A program made the translations under genes and the position numbers. This document shows, in pieces, positions 47,488 through 57,055 of a DNA stretch of 64,000 nt; the first letter of the stretch is position 1, and each line of letters begins with the position of its first letter. The notes under the pieces are model-generated. The model did not search any database and had not been told where the DNA came from. It saw nothing but the letters and a program-made list of their open reading frames with translations. The stretch lies in the sequence record DRR723986_3403. One strand, written 5' to 3'.

Positions 47488-50433
47488 TTACTCAGCAGCT
47501 ACCTCCCCGGCTTGCCCGGTTAAGTCTTCCAGTGCGGCTCGGAAGTTGGCCACGAATCTGTTGCCACCGCCAACAAACAAGTGTTGCACGACACCCTGTT
47601 GATCAATGATGACCGTCTGCGGGACTGCGCTTGCACCATAGGCGGCTGCAACTTCGCCATCGACATCCAACAGCACGGTTGGAGAGATGTTCAATCGTTC
47701 CAAAGCAGCCTCCACTCTCGACGCAGGCTCTTGCAAATTCACGGCTACTAGGTGAACTTTGTCAGTGCCAATTTCCTCCACGATTTCATCGACCTTCGGC
47801 ATCGTCTGCATGCAGGGGCCGCACCAGCTCGCCCAAAAATCCAATACGACGATCCGATCACGATGGTCTGTCAGTCTGAAGTGTTCACCGTCAAGCTGCT
47901 TTAGCCCAAACTGTGGTGCAGGCTTGCCAACGAACTCTGAATTCTTGCCCGCATTGGGATCCGCCGAACCACTTTCGTCTTCGAGAAAGACGCGAGGATA
48001 CTGGGCAAGTGCAAGCACCCAGGGGTCGTCGCGGTATTCCCGAACTCGGGCTGAGATGTCGCGACCAAACAACAGTTGATCAACCTCGCTCACCGCAACT
48101 GAACACTCGCCAAGGAGATCACTTGCACCAGCTAACGTCTCTCCATCGCAGTTCGACGGAACGAAGGTGAGTCCACGATCTCCGCGCCGAATCAGGTGGA
48201 TCTGGAATTCCTGCTCACCAACATTCGCCTCATCCTTGGCAACTTCGGCCTGGTCTGCGTCTGGCTTCTCTTCGTTCTCGTCGGATTCCCACTCACGATC
48301 GTGCAGCCAAATGACTTTGGCAACGTTTTCGCGTGGGATCTTTACGATTTCGAATTTAACTTCAACCTCAACGAACTTGTCGGTAAGGCGATTCAGTCGG
48401 ACGCGTAGTGGATCGCCAGTTTTCGAGATGAGCAGGTGGGTGGGCGGATCCAGCTTCATCGACCTCGGCACGGTCATCAAACGTTGCAGCTTTTTCTCAT
48501 CGCTGGAAAGCTGCTTGGTCAAAGCTGCCAAATCCACGCTTTGAAGACGCTTGTGAGACGCGAATGTAGTTGTTGACTGCTTCGATTCAAAGTAGACACC
48601 CTTTTCGTCAATCTTCGACACGTCGCCGAAGATGATGTCTCCGGTGCGAAACGATATCTCACGCTCCCCTCCTGATGTCTTCCGCCTGGGAGTATTCCGC
48701 TGGCTGGGCAAGGTCAGGAATCGACCGATGCCTCCTCGTGGGATGACGTTTTGCGGTTGAGCTTTTTGAACGGCAGCTTGCACGGCCGCTTTGCGATAAA
48801 CTATCCCGCCAGAAGCGGAAGGGAGTAGTTCGCTCGGCGCATTGGTGCCTATCGCGTGCCAATAGAGCGCTGTGCCGGAGTTATCAGGATTTGCTGCATC
48901 GGCTGGAGTGGGCGCTAGTTCTCCGGCGAGCTGCGTGTTACCAAGCTTTAGAGTTCCAGGCGTTTTGGGTTGAGTTTCGGGGCGATACCTTTCATCCGAG
49001 CCGATCATGCCAAGCACATCTGATGGCTTGACTTCAACAGTGCCAACGATGCTGGGCGATTGAAAACCAAGTGTTTCGCCGGTGCCGCCCAGCCACTGAC
49101 CGCTTAGTCGTGATCGATCTGCCAGGAGAAGTTCAACCGCCGCCCCTTCGGCAACTGGTTGAGATTTTTCGGTGGTGGCATTCGCTGTTTCAGCCGCGCG
49201 GTCTGCTTCCGATGCACTGCCAGCTTCGGATGCACTGCCCAGTTGCGGCGGTTGGTTGACCGTTGGTGGTCGCCCAGGAGAGGACACGCCGTCGGCACTA
49301 CTTCCTGAGTCGGCAGGGCTAAAGAGTCCACGCAAAAGGCGGCTTAACGGGAGGCGCTGTTCGCCCTCTTCGCCGGACAACAACAGTTCGCGGGTGGCAG
49401 AATCGAATCCAGTGACGCCTGCGGCAACTTCACCTTCGGCGGTCAGCACAAAAGGCTTGTCGTCGGCCGAGCTTGTGGTGAAACCATCCCATTCGCGCAC
49501 CTCTACACGCTCCAACTGCAGTAACGCTCCAATATTCGAGATGTGAATCGCTGGTCGTGTTTCTGGCGATTCCTTCTCCTTAACTTGAATCGTATCCAAC
49601 AGGCGTCCGTGCTGATCATATGCAATCACGCGCCCTTCGAGTTGATCAACGTAGAACGTGATTTGCAGGCGCTTCTCTGACAATTCCAGCTTATCCAGAA
49701 TGCGAATGTCGGCATCAGAATCCGTTTCGCGGACCAGCGCGAACTCGCGATCCCAAACCTCCAAGCGTGCTGCAGAACTAACGTCTTCGGCTCTGGCACC
49801 GCCGGCACTTGGATCAGTTCCAATGGCAATTACAAAGTCTGGACTGCCTTCGATCCAACTAAGTGTCATGCTCACGCGGGCCTTAGTGGGCATACCAACG
49901 TTGCCTACGATGGTTCCACCTGCTTTCTTGGAAACGAAAGCGCCGCCCTCGAAAACCCAATCTTCCTGTGCTCTGGCGTTTGACCACAAGCCATCTTGGG
50001 TAGGTCCGGAGTGGACAACCTTTCCCGCGTACTCCGAGCTCACCATGGCTCGAATATCATCACGCTTGAGCGACAGACGGCCCATTTTCGAATTGTCCAC
50101 AACAACGTCCGTCGCTGTGATGTCGACCAACTCACCCACGATCATGCCACCGGACTTGGTCTCGAACAGTTGTCCTTTGGGCTTTTCAGTGCTGTCTTCA
50201 TTGCCGACGGGAGCGATTGAGCGGAGGGCTTTGATGTCCACACGCAGCGGCTGACGAAAACCGTCAGCTTGCCAAATCAGTTCTTGGGCATTCCCGCCCG
50301 GAAGCAGCTCGCCCGTTGAAAAGCTTCCGTTCTTGAGTCGCAATTGCTTCGTGCCTTCTGCATGCAAGACATTGCAAACTGGCATCGCCAACGCGGCGCA
50401 TAGTAGCAGGTTAATTTTTCGAACTAATCGCAT
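47488..50433 (-). CDS. Secreted multidomain protein with a C-terminal TlpA-like thioredoxin domain
   Basis: Signal peptide; GKPAPQF..VVLDFWASWCGPC..AVPQTVIID; about 830 aa of repeated small beta modules upstream. Confidence 0.88.
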   Translation of the reverse strand: MRLVRKINLLLCAALAMPVCNVLHAEGTKQLRLKNGSFSTGELLPGGNAQELIWQADGFRQPLRVDIKALRSIAPVGNEDSTEKPKGQLFETKSGGMIVGELVDITATDVVVDNSKMGRLSLKRDDIRAMVSSEYAGKVVHSGPTQDGLWSNARAQEDWVFEGGAFVSKKAGGTIVGNVGMPTKARVSMTLSWIEGSPDFVIAIGTDPSAGGARAEDVSSAARLEVWDREFALVRETDSDADIRILDKLELSEKRLQITFYVDQLEGRVIAYDQHGRLLDTIQVKEKESPETRPAIHISNIGALLQLERVEVREWDGFTTSSADDKPFVLTAEGEVAAGVTGFDSATRELLLSGEEGEQRLPLSRLLRGLFSPADSGSSADGVSSPGRPPTVNQPPQLGSASEAGSASEADRAAETANATTEKSQPVAEGAAVELLLADRSRLSGQWLGGTGETLGFQSPSIVGTVEVKPSDVLGMIGSDERYRPETQPKTPGTLKLGNTQLAGELAPTPADAANPDNSGTALYWHAIGTNAPSELLPSASGGIVYRKAAVQAAVQKAQPQNVIPRGGIGRFLTLPSQRNTPRRKTSGGEREISFRTGDIIFGDVSKIDEKGVYFESKQSTTTFASHKRLQSVDLAALTKQLSSDEKKLQRLMTVPRSMKLDPPTHLLISKTGDPLRVRLNRLTDKFVEVEVKFEIVKIPRENVAKVIWLHDREWESDENEEKPDADQAEVAKDEANVGEQEFQIHLIRRGDRGLTFVPSNCDGETLAGASDLLGECSVAVSEVDQLLFGRDISARVREYRDDPWVLALAQYPRVFLEDESGSADPNAGKNSEFVGKPAPQFGLKQLDGEHFRLTDHRDRIVVLDFWASWCGPCMQTMPKVDEIVEEIGTDKVHLVAVNLQEPASRVEAALERLNISPTVLLDVDGEVAAAYGASAVPQTVIIDQQGVVQHLFVGGGNRFVANFRAALEDLTGQAGEVAAE

Positions 50434-50502
50434 ATGGCAAACCAGCAGGTAGCTGGGCTTTCTGTTGAGTTACAGTCTCTTGAGGTCGTGCTGCAATCCG
50501 TT

Positions 50503-51588
50503 CTAGCGTTCGTAGATTGGCAGGAACTTATAGTTCAAGGCAAGTGCCAGGAGATTCAAGCTAGTCGAAACGGTTCCGCCAAATTGCCCGGGGAAACTTC
50601 CATCTTCGTTTTGCGACGCTTTGAGTTTTCGGACTAGGGTACGATTCCACTTCTCCCACGTTTCGACATCGGCCTGAAACAAAGCTTGCGCCTGGTAGTA
50701 CCGGGCGTACTCTTCATAGTGGGACTGTTCGGATAGATTCTTGACCACGTAGTTCTTTGCAGATTCGTATTGCTTTAGATCTTTTCGTTTTGCAATGGAA
50801 TACACCAGGCAGGCGATGGAAGAACGCGCGATCGACTGGCCAAAGCCACCAAGTCCACCGGAGTAGCCGACGGTACCATTATCACCGGTCATCGTTGTGA
50901 AGTACTTGATCGCACCGTCGATGTTCTTGTCTGGAACTTCAATTCCAGCGTTTCGCGCGGCAAGCAGCCCCATCAAGACGGCTCCAGCAACACTGGTGTC
51001 AGCGTCACGAGAACCTGGGGAGTAGCGCCAAGCACTGTGGGGATTCTTAGACTGTGAGGTTGTGGCGCAGCGAACGGCTAGTTCCAACGCCTCCGCAAGC
51101 GAACGTTCCCGTCCGGAGTTGCTAGTGCCGGTTTCCCAGAGGTCTCGTTCATCGACCAAACCGTAAGCTTCGGCAAGCGCGAGGGTTGCGAATCCGTGGT
51201 GATACATGCTATCGCCAAGGTAGCCCGTTGAACCACTTTGCTTGCGAATCATTGCCCGCAGCCCTTTGCGGATCGGCTGGGCGTATTTCCCAAAATTTGG
51301 ATCTTCGCCGCTGGCAAGCATCGCCATGACGGCCATGCCAGTCGTTCCGCAACCAGATTGTCCTGTATTCCAATCACCGTTATCGGACTGCGTGGAAACT
51401 AAATACTCCAGACCGCGGTCGTAAATTTCACGCACGTCGCGGGGAACGACATCTCCGGTGGGTGTCACGCCGGGTTGCGCGAGAGCCTGCGCGGTTAGTG
51501 CAGTCGCAAACCAAGCGATACATCCAATCTTGGTGAAGTTCTTGAGGGACGGGTTCATTGCGTTTCCATTCTGTAGACGGATGTTCAT
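50503..51588 (-). CDS. Secreted prenyltransferase/squalene-oxidase-repeat (alpha/alpha barrel) protein
   Basis: GLEYLVSTQSDNGDW, MYHHGFATLALAEAYG, WRYSP..DTSV and QNEDGSF. Start at 51588 or 51558. Confidence 0.88.
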   Translation of the reverse strand: MNIRLQNGNAMNPSLKNFTKIGCIAWFATALTAQALAQPGVTPTGDVVPRDVREIYDRGLEYLVSTQSDNGDWNTGQSGCGTTGMAVMAMLASGEDPNFGKYAQPIRKGLRAMIRKQSGSTGYLGDSMYHHGFATLALAEAYGLVDERDLWETGTSNSGRERSLAEALELAVRCATTSQSKNPHSAWRYSPGSRDADTSVAGAVLMGLLAARNAGIEVPDKNIDGAIKYFTTMTGDNGTVGYSGGLGGFGQSIARSSIACLVYSIAKRKDLKQYESAKNYVVKNLSEQSHYEEYARYYQAQALFQADVETWEKWNRTLVRKLKASQNEDGSFPGQFGGTVSTSLNLLALALNYKFLPIYER

Positions 51589-51602
51589 CGTTAGCAGCGG
51601 TG

Positions 51603-52352
51603 CTAGTTTCCGGCCCAGGCGTATCCGCGATAACGATCGCGATACTCTTCGATGACCTTCATCTGTTTCGCATCCAAGAACTCACTCAATTCCTTGGTGT
51701 CGGATTTACATAACTGGATATATCCGAGGAAGGGTTCGTAGCCCTGCGGCACGTTTTTGAGTGGCTCGCGATCCATTAACACTTTGAAGAGCTTCTCGCG
51801 CTGTTTCGCCAGCAGAGGCATTGAGTTCTCAATTTCGATAACCGTCGCCCGCATCAAAGCCTCGCGCCGCGTAGCCGCACGTGCCTGTAGATGCCTTTCA
51901 TAAGCCTTTTTCTGTTCGCCGGAAAGAAGTTTTGGCATCAGTTTCATGAAGAAGGACGAGTCATCGAGAATGTTCTTCGACTGCGCTTTCTCGTAGAGCG
52001 GCTGGACGGCTTCCCAAGCTTTTTGCATGTCGGCTTGGTCTTGGATGTTCAGGTCTTTGGTTGCTTCCTCGAGCTCGTCGACCTGATTCATGAATCGTGA
52101 AAGATCACCCTTGGCGGCAAAGCGGAGCTTCCGGCTACCCGCCGCATCGATCTTACAGGCTTTCTCGATCATTTCGATGCGAGCATCGACAGTTGTCTTG
52201 AGCTGCTTTTCCCAGGTCGCCCGTCCCTGCCCCTGGTAAATGTACATGTTGACGACCGATTGATCGTTGAATTGCGCCTGAGATTTAGCAGGCGACAGCA
52301 GTGCCGAAAGTGCTAGAACTAGAGCGGCTATTGAAAGCGAGCGAGTACTCAT
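51603..52352 (-). CDS. Secreted helical hypothetical protein with LTxxQ-like repeats
   Basis: Signal peptide; LSGEQKKAY, LLAKQREKL and LDAKQ. Confidence 0.78.
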   Translation of the reverse strand: MSTRSLSIAALVLALSALLSPAKSQAQFNDQSVVNMYIYQGQGRATWEKQLKTTVDARIEMIEKACKIDAAGSRKLRFAAKGDLSRFMNQVDELEEATKDLNIQDQADMQKAWEAVQPLYEKAQSKNILDDSSFFMKLMPKLLSGEQKKAYERHLQARAATRREALMRATVIEIENSMPLLAKQREKLFKVLMDREPLKNVPQGYEPFLGYIQLCKSDTKELSEFLDAKQMKVIEEYRDRYRGYAWAGN

Positions 52353-52363
52353 GGGATCTGCAC

Positions 52364-53638
52364 CTACTCTTCTTCAATGACAATTAAAGGCTGATGAGGG
52401 ATCATCTGCATCTCCCATTCAAGGGCGTCGTATGTGTAAGAGTTGAGACCATTTAGAATTTTCATTTGTTCCTTGCTGAGTATCTTCCTGGTGACCGCAG
52501 GAATCGCCGGCACGAATCGTTGATTGTTCTGAAAGTAGAATTGGAAATAGATTTGGTCTTCAGCTTTCAGATTTTCCTCCAGCGCAGCACGAAGTTTTGT
52601 TCGATCATCTTCAGTCATATAAATGTGATGATCGAAGAGGGTTGTATACATGGCCGCATGAGTCGCTTTGCGAAATTCACGGCTAGCCTCAAGCTCCTGC
52701 TCATAGGCCTCGAGCTGTGGGCCATCAAGTGATTTCTTGACTGCCTCCTCAACCTTCGCGATTAGCTTGTAGACGCGATTGGTTGGTTCCTGTCGTGGCC
52801 GAGCTGGCTGAGCCCCCATCATTCGCATGACGCCCATCAACAGGCCATTGTTGGCCGCAGCGGCTGGCAACTCTTTGATTTGTTGGTTCATCCATTCGTC
52901 GTTTAGCTTGGCGAGCTTCTCAGACTGCTCTTCCGTCAGTTCTGCACAACGTCTGGCTAGCCCTTTTCTAACCGTCAGATGTTGCATCGCTTTGGTGAAT
53001 ACGGGGTCATTCACCTGGGCAGCCAGAGCAAAGCCTTCAACGACCACTGCCTCGTTGACTTCTTCGACAACGACTTCTTGAGTGGCAACCATGTCTGCAT
53101 CAGCAGGCTCGTCGACAGCCTCCACGACGACAACCGTATCGGTGAAGTCGAAAAATCCGCCGCCAAGATCTTCTCCATCAACCTCCTGTTTCTCTCCTGA
53201 TGTCTTCGTTTGAGCCGCCGCGTCGTCTACAGAATGGTCTTTGTCGTTCTTTGGTGAAGCCGCTTTCTCAGCCAGGTTCTCAAATATCCCGCCATCATTT
53301 TCCTTTACAGCCCGCTTGCCCGGAACAACTTTCGGCTCGGCATTCTTTTCTTTTGGCAAGTCAAAAATACTGCCAGTTGTCTGTTTAGGCTTATCCTGCT
53401 TTGCCGCCGGTTTCTCGTCCGAAGCCTTGCCGGCTTTAGTCGCCTGTGTCTTGTTGCTAGGCGTATCCGTTGCCTTGACAGCAGACCCTTCCTTCAAGGC
53501 TGTTTCCTGGGCGACCAAATTGGCGTCGGCAGCGCAAACGATGAAGCCAACGGAGAGTGCTAGCTGAATCCAGCCGATCGCTGATCTGTCCAGCGGCGCA
53601 TTGTCCAGAGGCGCAGTAGCGCGGGTGATGTTTCTCAT
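52364..53638 (-). CDS. Secreted protein with a disordered N-half and an LTxxQ-like helical C-half
   Basis: GGGAG RBS and signal peptide; LTEEQSEKL, LDGPQLEAY and LSKEQ. Confidence 0.78.
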   Translation of the reverse strand: MRNITRATAPLDNAPLDRSAIGWIQLALSVGFIVCAADANLVAQETALKEGSAVKATDTPSNKTQATKAGKASDEKPAAKQDKPKQTTGSIFDLPKEKNAEPKVVPGKRAVKENDGGIFENLAEKAASPKNDKDHSVDDAAAQTKTSGEKQEVDGEDLGGGFFDFTDTVVVVEAVDEPADADMVATQEVVVEEVNEAVVVEGFALAAQVNDPVFTKAMQHLTVRKGLARRCAELTEEQSEKLAKLNDEWMNQQIKELPAAAANNGLLMGVMRMMGAQPARPRQEPTNRVYKLIAKVEEAVKKSLDGPQLEAYEQELEASREFRKATHAAMYTTLFDHHIYMTEDDRTKLRAALEENLKAEDQIYFQFYFQNNQRFVPAIPAVTRKILSKEQMKILNGLNSYTYDALEWEMQMIPHQPLIVIEEE

Positions 53639-53722
53639 CGTGGTCTCCCAAACGCAGACTCAAGCAACCAGCAAGATGCAGCAGCAACGCCGATTACTTG
53701 AGTCGTGGAATCGTCAACGTGT

Positions 53723-56700
53723 TTACTGCTCGGCTTCGATTTTCGAGAAGTAGGCGTCCAATCCGGCTCGGAATTCTTCGGGCAATTTGCGTCCCGTTTC
53801 GCCCGTTGACTGGCCAACGTCGCGGCTTTCACGTTTTTCATTCTGGTTCAAGCCACTGCCAAGCAGCGCAAGTGCAGAGTCCTTGGTGTCGCCACTGCCT
53901 CCACCACCTGGGCTCGTTCCTCCGCCACCGCCGCTCTTCGGATTGATACGCTTGCACTGGAGCAGCAATTCGATGGCTTCCGTTTCAGCAGCGATCGCAT
54001 CGACACCAGTGTTTTCCGATGAGAGGATCCCAGTCGCCTCTGACATTACCCGGCTGACGCTAGAGAGTAGTTTGATTTCTTTGCCAAACCGCTGGCTTCC
54101 CTTCGGAAGTTCTTCGATGTTGAAGACAACTTTGTCGGTACGCTCTCGTAATGACTTTTGCGCGTCTGCTAGACGGCTCGATTCAGTCGAGTGCTCAGCG
54201 GCGTCGATGGCCGATCGGGCTTGTTCGGCAACGCGAGTGTCCTCGCGCAAGTTGACTTCGCCCTCAAGGATTCTCAACACTTCTAGGATTAGCGAAGGTG
54301 GGAGCGAATCGGAGGTCTTACAGCCTGGGCATTGTCCGCTGCATGCGGGATCCACCAAATCCTCTGCCCATCGGTCAAGGCTGTCGGACCAGAACTCAGC
54401 CTGAGCGATGCTCATTCCTTGTTCCTTAGGGATCGCTTCGCCAAGATCCGTGAGTGCGTTAATCACCCCAGATTCCTTCATGTCCTCCAGCACAACCTTG
54501 AACTGGTTCATGCGACGGCGTTCAAAGTAGGCCTGCATGTCATCCATGATGTAGGAGATCTCTTGGCTACTCTTCTCTTCGACGCTCGACAACCCGACTA
54601 GCATGGTCTTGCCGTCGTCATCGATTGAACTACGACTCTTTCCGAAGAAGCTATCGATTCGAGTTGAGATTTTCTCAGCCACTTGGTTTTGTTCTCGTGA
54701 GGCAGCCTTCAAACGCTTTACCAACGTGGAGCCTTCCAGATTGGCGAGTAGTTGATTTAGTTCGTCGGCGACTTTCTCAAACTCGGCCAACAAGTTCTCT
54801 TGTTCAATCAGAGCTTCTTCGAACGTATCTTCTTCCTCGTCCTGCTCTTCTTCGTCATCGCCTCCGTCACTCTTTTTAGGTGGTCCGGTGAGCGTCGTGG
54901 TGACTAGCCCCTGACGAGAACCGTTGTACTTCTTCTTCGGTTTGCCGTTCTCTCCCTCTTCTTCGGGTTCAACGGGCTGCATAGAAGATTCCGAGTCGGC
55001 CACCTTCGGGATGGTCGGCTGCTCTGGAAGGTTTTTCTTTGGTTCTGAATTACCGCCTGCGCCGCCCTTGGTGTTACGGATTTGACCCGCCATCGGCGTG
55101 TTTTTGGATGGCATTTTGCTCCGAGCGATTGAGCCTTGCTTGGATGTTTTCTGCAACAGGTCAGAAACGCTGGGCATTCGTTTGGTTCCGATGTCGTTGA
55201 TGATTTCAAGCATCTCCGCCCAACGGTCTAGGTGGCCGACTCCAATTTCTTCGTTCCGAGCGGCTTGCCTCAAAAGGCCTTCGCCCTGTTTGGCCAGTGC
55301 ACCAAGTCGACGGCCATTGGCTTGTTCAAGAGAGGCTTGGCGACGCAGGGCATCCTGCATTTCCTTATTGGCCAGCTCTTCTTGCGGGGTCGAGCGTAGC
55401 TCTTTGTTCTTCGCGTGCAGTCGCATTTCCTGATCACGCACTTCCAAGGCAGCACGATGCCACTTGCTCAATTGGTTCGTGATCCAAACGGCATGCTGTT
55501 CGGCCGTTAGGACGAAAAAGACGTGTGGTGCGGAGTGGACACGCTGGTGTTCCGGGTTGTAATCTTCTGCCCACAATCGAACTTCAATCGGCTGCGCCGG
55601 AATCCCAAGGGCTTCGGCACAGAAGGTCGCCGGAAGTTGCATTGAGGTCTGATTTGGTTTGCCAGAACCGATCGCTTTCTCGCCGTCGGCTCCTTCTTCC
55701 AAGACGGACTCATCGAGCGATCTCCAGCTTATTCCGACCCTTTGAACACCAAAGTCGTCAGAGACGAGGGTCTCAAAATTGAGTTGTTCTGAAATGAGAA
55801 CGACCGATTGCTTTGGAAGTCCCTGCGAGACAACGCTTGGGAGTTCGTCTTCGAGAGGTTTAATCTGAAGCGAGAACGGGTCCCGACCGGAAAGGTCGTC
55901 GTAGTCTTGCCACTTAAATTCGATGTGCTCAGCATCATCTTCAACGGCTACCGGAGGAGCAAAAAACGATTCGCCATCCACCTTGGCTTTGGCCGAATTG
56001 ACCATCGCGGACTGAAGAGCTCGTGATGCGGTCGCGCGGACGGTGACCGTACTGCCTCGCACAGCGCTAACGACACCACTGCGTGCGTCTAGCTCTAGGT
56101 TCTCTGCCCATTGAAGGTACTTCGGCAGTTCGACATCGGCGACGGCACCTACCAACTCTGGGCGGATCTTTGGTTCTACGCTAACAACCTGCGAAAAGTC
56201 ACCAACACGAATTCGAAACGACATTGGGGTGGTCAGTGGCGGAAGCTCAAACTCGTAACGCGAGCCATCTAGTTCGGATACGATTGGCTCTAGATCACCA
56301 AACTGCAGCGAAGCAGAGTCTGGACGCCACTTTGTGTCCTCTTCAAGTTCCAGGCCAAAGCTAACGCTTTCACCGTGTGGAACAACCATTTGCGCCGGTT
56401 GGGGCTTGAGCATTGTGAAAGTGTAGCGAGGCGTTTCACGCCAAGGTGCCGAGAATCGCGCCCAGGCATTCTGGGCAGCATCCGGAAACAGTGCCCAAAG
56501 TGCAACTGTGGCCAGACCGCTGAGAGCGAACGTGATGCCGAGGCTTCGCAATCGCGTTGGTGGTGCAGCCGTCTTGAAATCGCGATCCTTGGCGGAAGTC
56601 GCGACTTGCCGAATCGCGGCGGCACACAATGTTTTCGATCGCGCCTGTTCCGATTCATCCTCGGCAAGCTCAATCACGCTTAACAATTGGTCACCCACCG

Positions 56701-57055
56701 AGGGCTCGCGAACACGCAATAATCTTGCCAATTGGTCCAGGCGGCGATTCTTCCAGACCCAGCGGTGCAGTGCCCAGGGTACGACAGTCCAGATGGCAAC
56801 GGCCACCAGGAATAACGTCAAACGCGCTGCAGCCGGTGTGTCAAAGAATCGGTCGGCCACATAGACAGTTAAGAAAGCGAGCAGAACAGCAACTGCGGCC
56901 AGGGCAATCGCTTCGGTAATTTTCGTGCTCCAAACTCGCTTCCGGAATTCTCCCAATTGCGACTTCAGGCTATCCGGCACGGGGATCAGCGACCCAAACG
57001 TATCGTCGCTCTTGGACCTACTGCTTGTTTGCCTGTTTGTTGCGTCAGACGACAT
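53723..57055 (-). CDS. Membrane-anchored Ig-like plus long coiled-coil protein (DUF4175-like architecture)
   Basis: 3 N-terminal TM helices, a beta region (SDDFGV, AEDY), long Gln/Glu-rich helices and a C-terminal LPEEFRAGLDAYF. Confidence 0.82.
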   Translation of the reverse strand: MSSDATNRQTSSRSKSDDTFGSLIPVPDSLKSQLGEFRKRVWSTKITEAIALAAVAVLLAFLTVYVADRFFDTPAAARLTLFLVAVAIWTVVPWALHRWVWKNRRLDQLARLLRVREPSVGDQLLSVIELAEDESEQARSKTLCAAAIRQVATSAKDRDFKTAAPPTRLRSLGITFALSGLATVALWALFPDAAQNAWARFSAPWRETPRYTFTMLKPQPAQMVVPHGESVSFGLELEEDTKWRPDSASLQFGDLEPIVSELDGSRYEFELPPLTTPMSFRIRVGDFSQVVSVEPKIRPELVGAVADVELPKYLQWAENLELDARSGVVSAVRGSTVTVRATASRALQSAMVNSAKAKVDGESFFAPPVAVEDDAEHIEFKWQDYDDLSGRDPFSLQIKPLEDELPSVVSQGLPKQSVVLISEQLNFETLVSDDFGVQRVGISWRSLDESVLEEGADGEKAIGSGKPNQTSMQLPATFCAEALGIPAQPIEVRLWAEDYNPEHQRVHSAPHVFFVLTAEQHAVWITNQLSKWHRAALEVRDQEMRLHAKNKELRSTPQEELANKEMQDALRRQASLEQANGRRLGALAKQGEGLLRQAARNEEIGVGHLDRWAEMLEIINDIGTKRMPSVSDLLQKTSKQGSIARSKMPSKNTPMAGQIRNTKGGAGGNSEPKKNLPEQPTIPKVADSESSMQPVEPEEEGENGKPKKKYNGSRQGLVTTTLTGPPKKSDGGDDEEEQDEEEDTFEEALIEQENLLAEFEKVADELNQLLANLEGSTLVKRLKAASREQNQVAEKISTRIDSFFGKSRSSIDDDGKTMLVGLSSVEEKSSQEISYIMDDMQAYFERRRMNQFKVVLEDMKESGVINALTDLGEAIPKEQGMSIAQAEFWSDSLDRWAEDLVDPACSGQCPGCKTSDSLPPSLILEVLRILEGEVNLREDTRVAEQARSAIDAAEHSTESSRLADAQKSLRERTDKVVFNIEELPKGSQRFGKEIKLLSSVSRVMSEATGILSSENTGVDAIAAETEAIELLLQCKRINPKSGGGGGTSPGGGGSGDTKDSALALLGSGLNQNEKRESRDVGQSTGETGRKLPEEFRAGLDAYFSKIEAEQ

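Noticed and set aside
51340-51360. GCGTT in the QW-repeat barrel resembling the alpha-2-macroglobulin/complement thioester motif GCGEQ
   Set aside because: The essential Gln is absent, so no thioester can form.
54320-54343. Radical SAM enzyme suggested by CxxxCxxC
   Set aside because: The context is coiled coil with no radical-SAM barrel or aromatic residue before the third Cys. Kept only as a possible metal or redox site.
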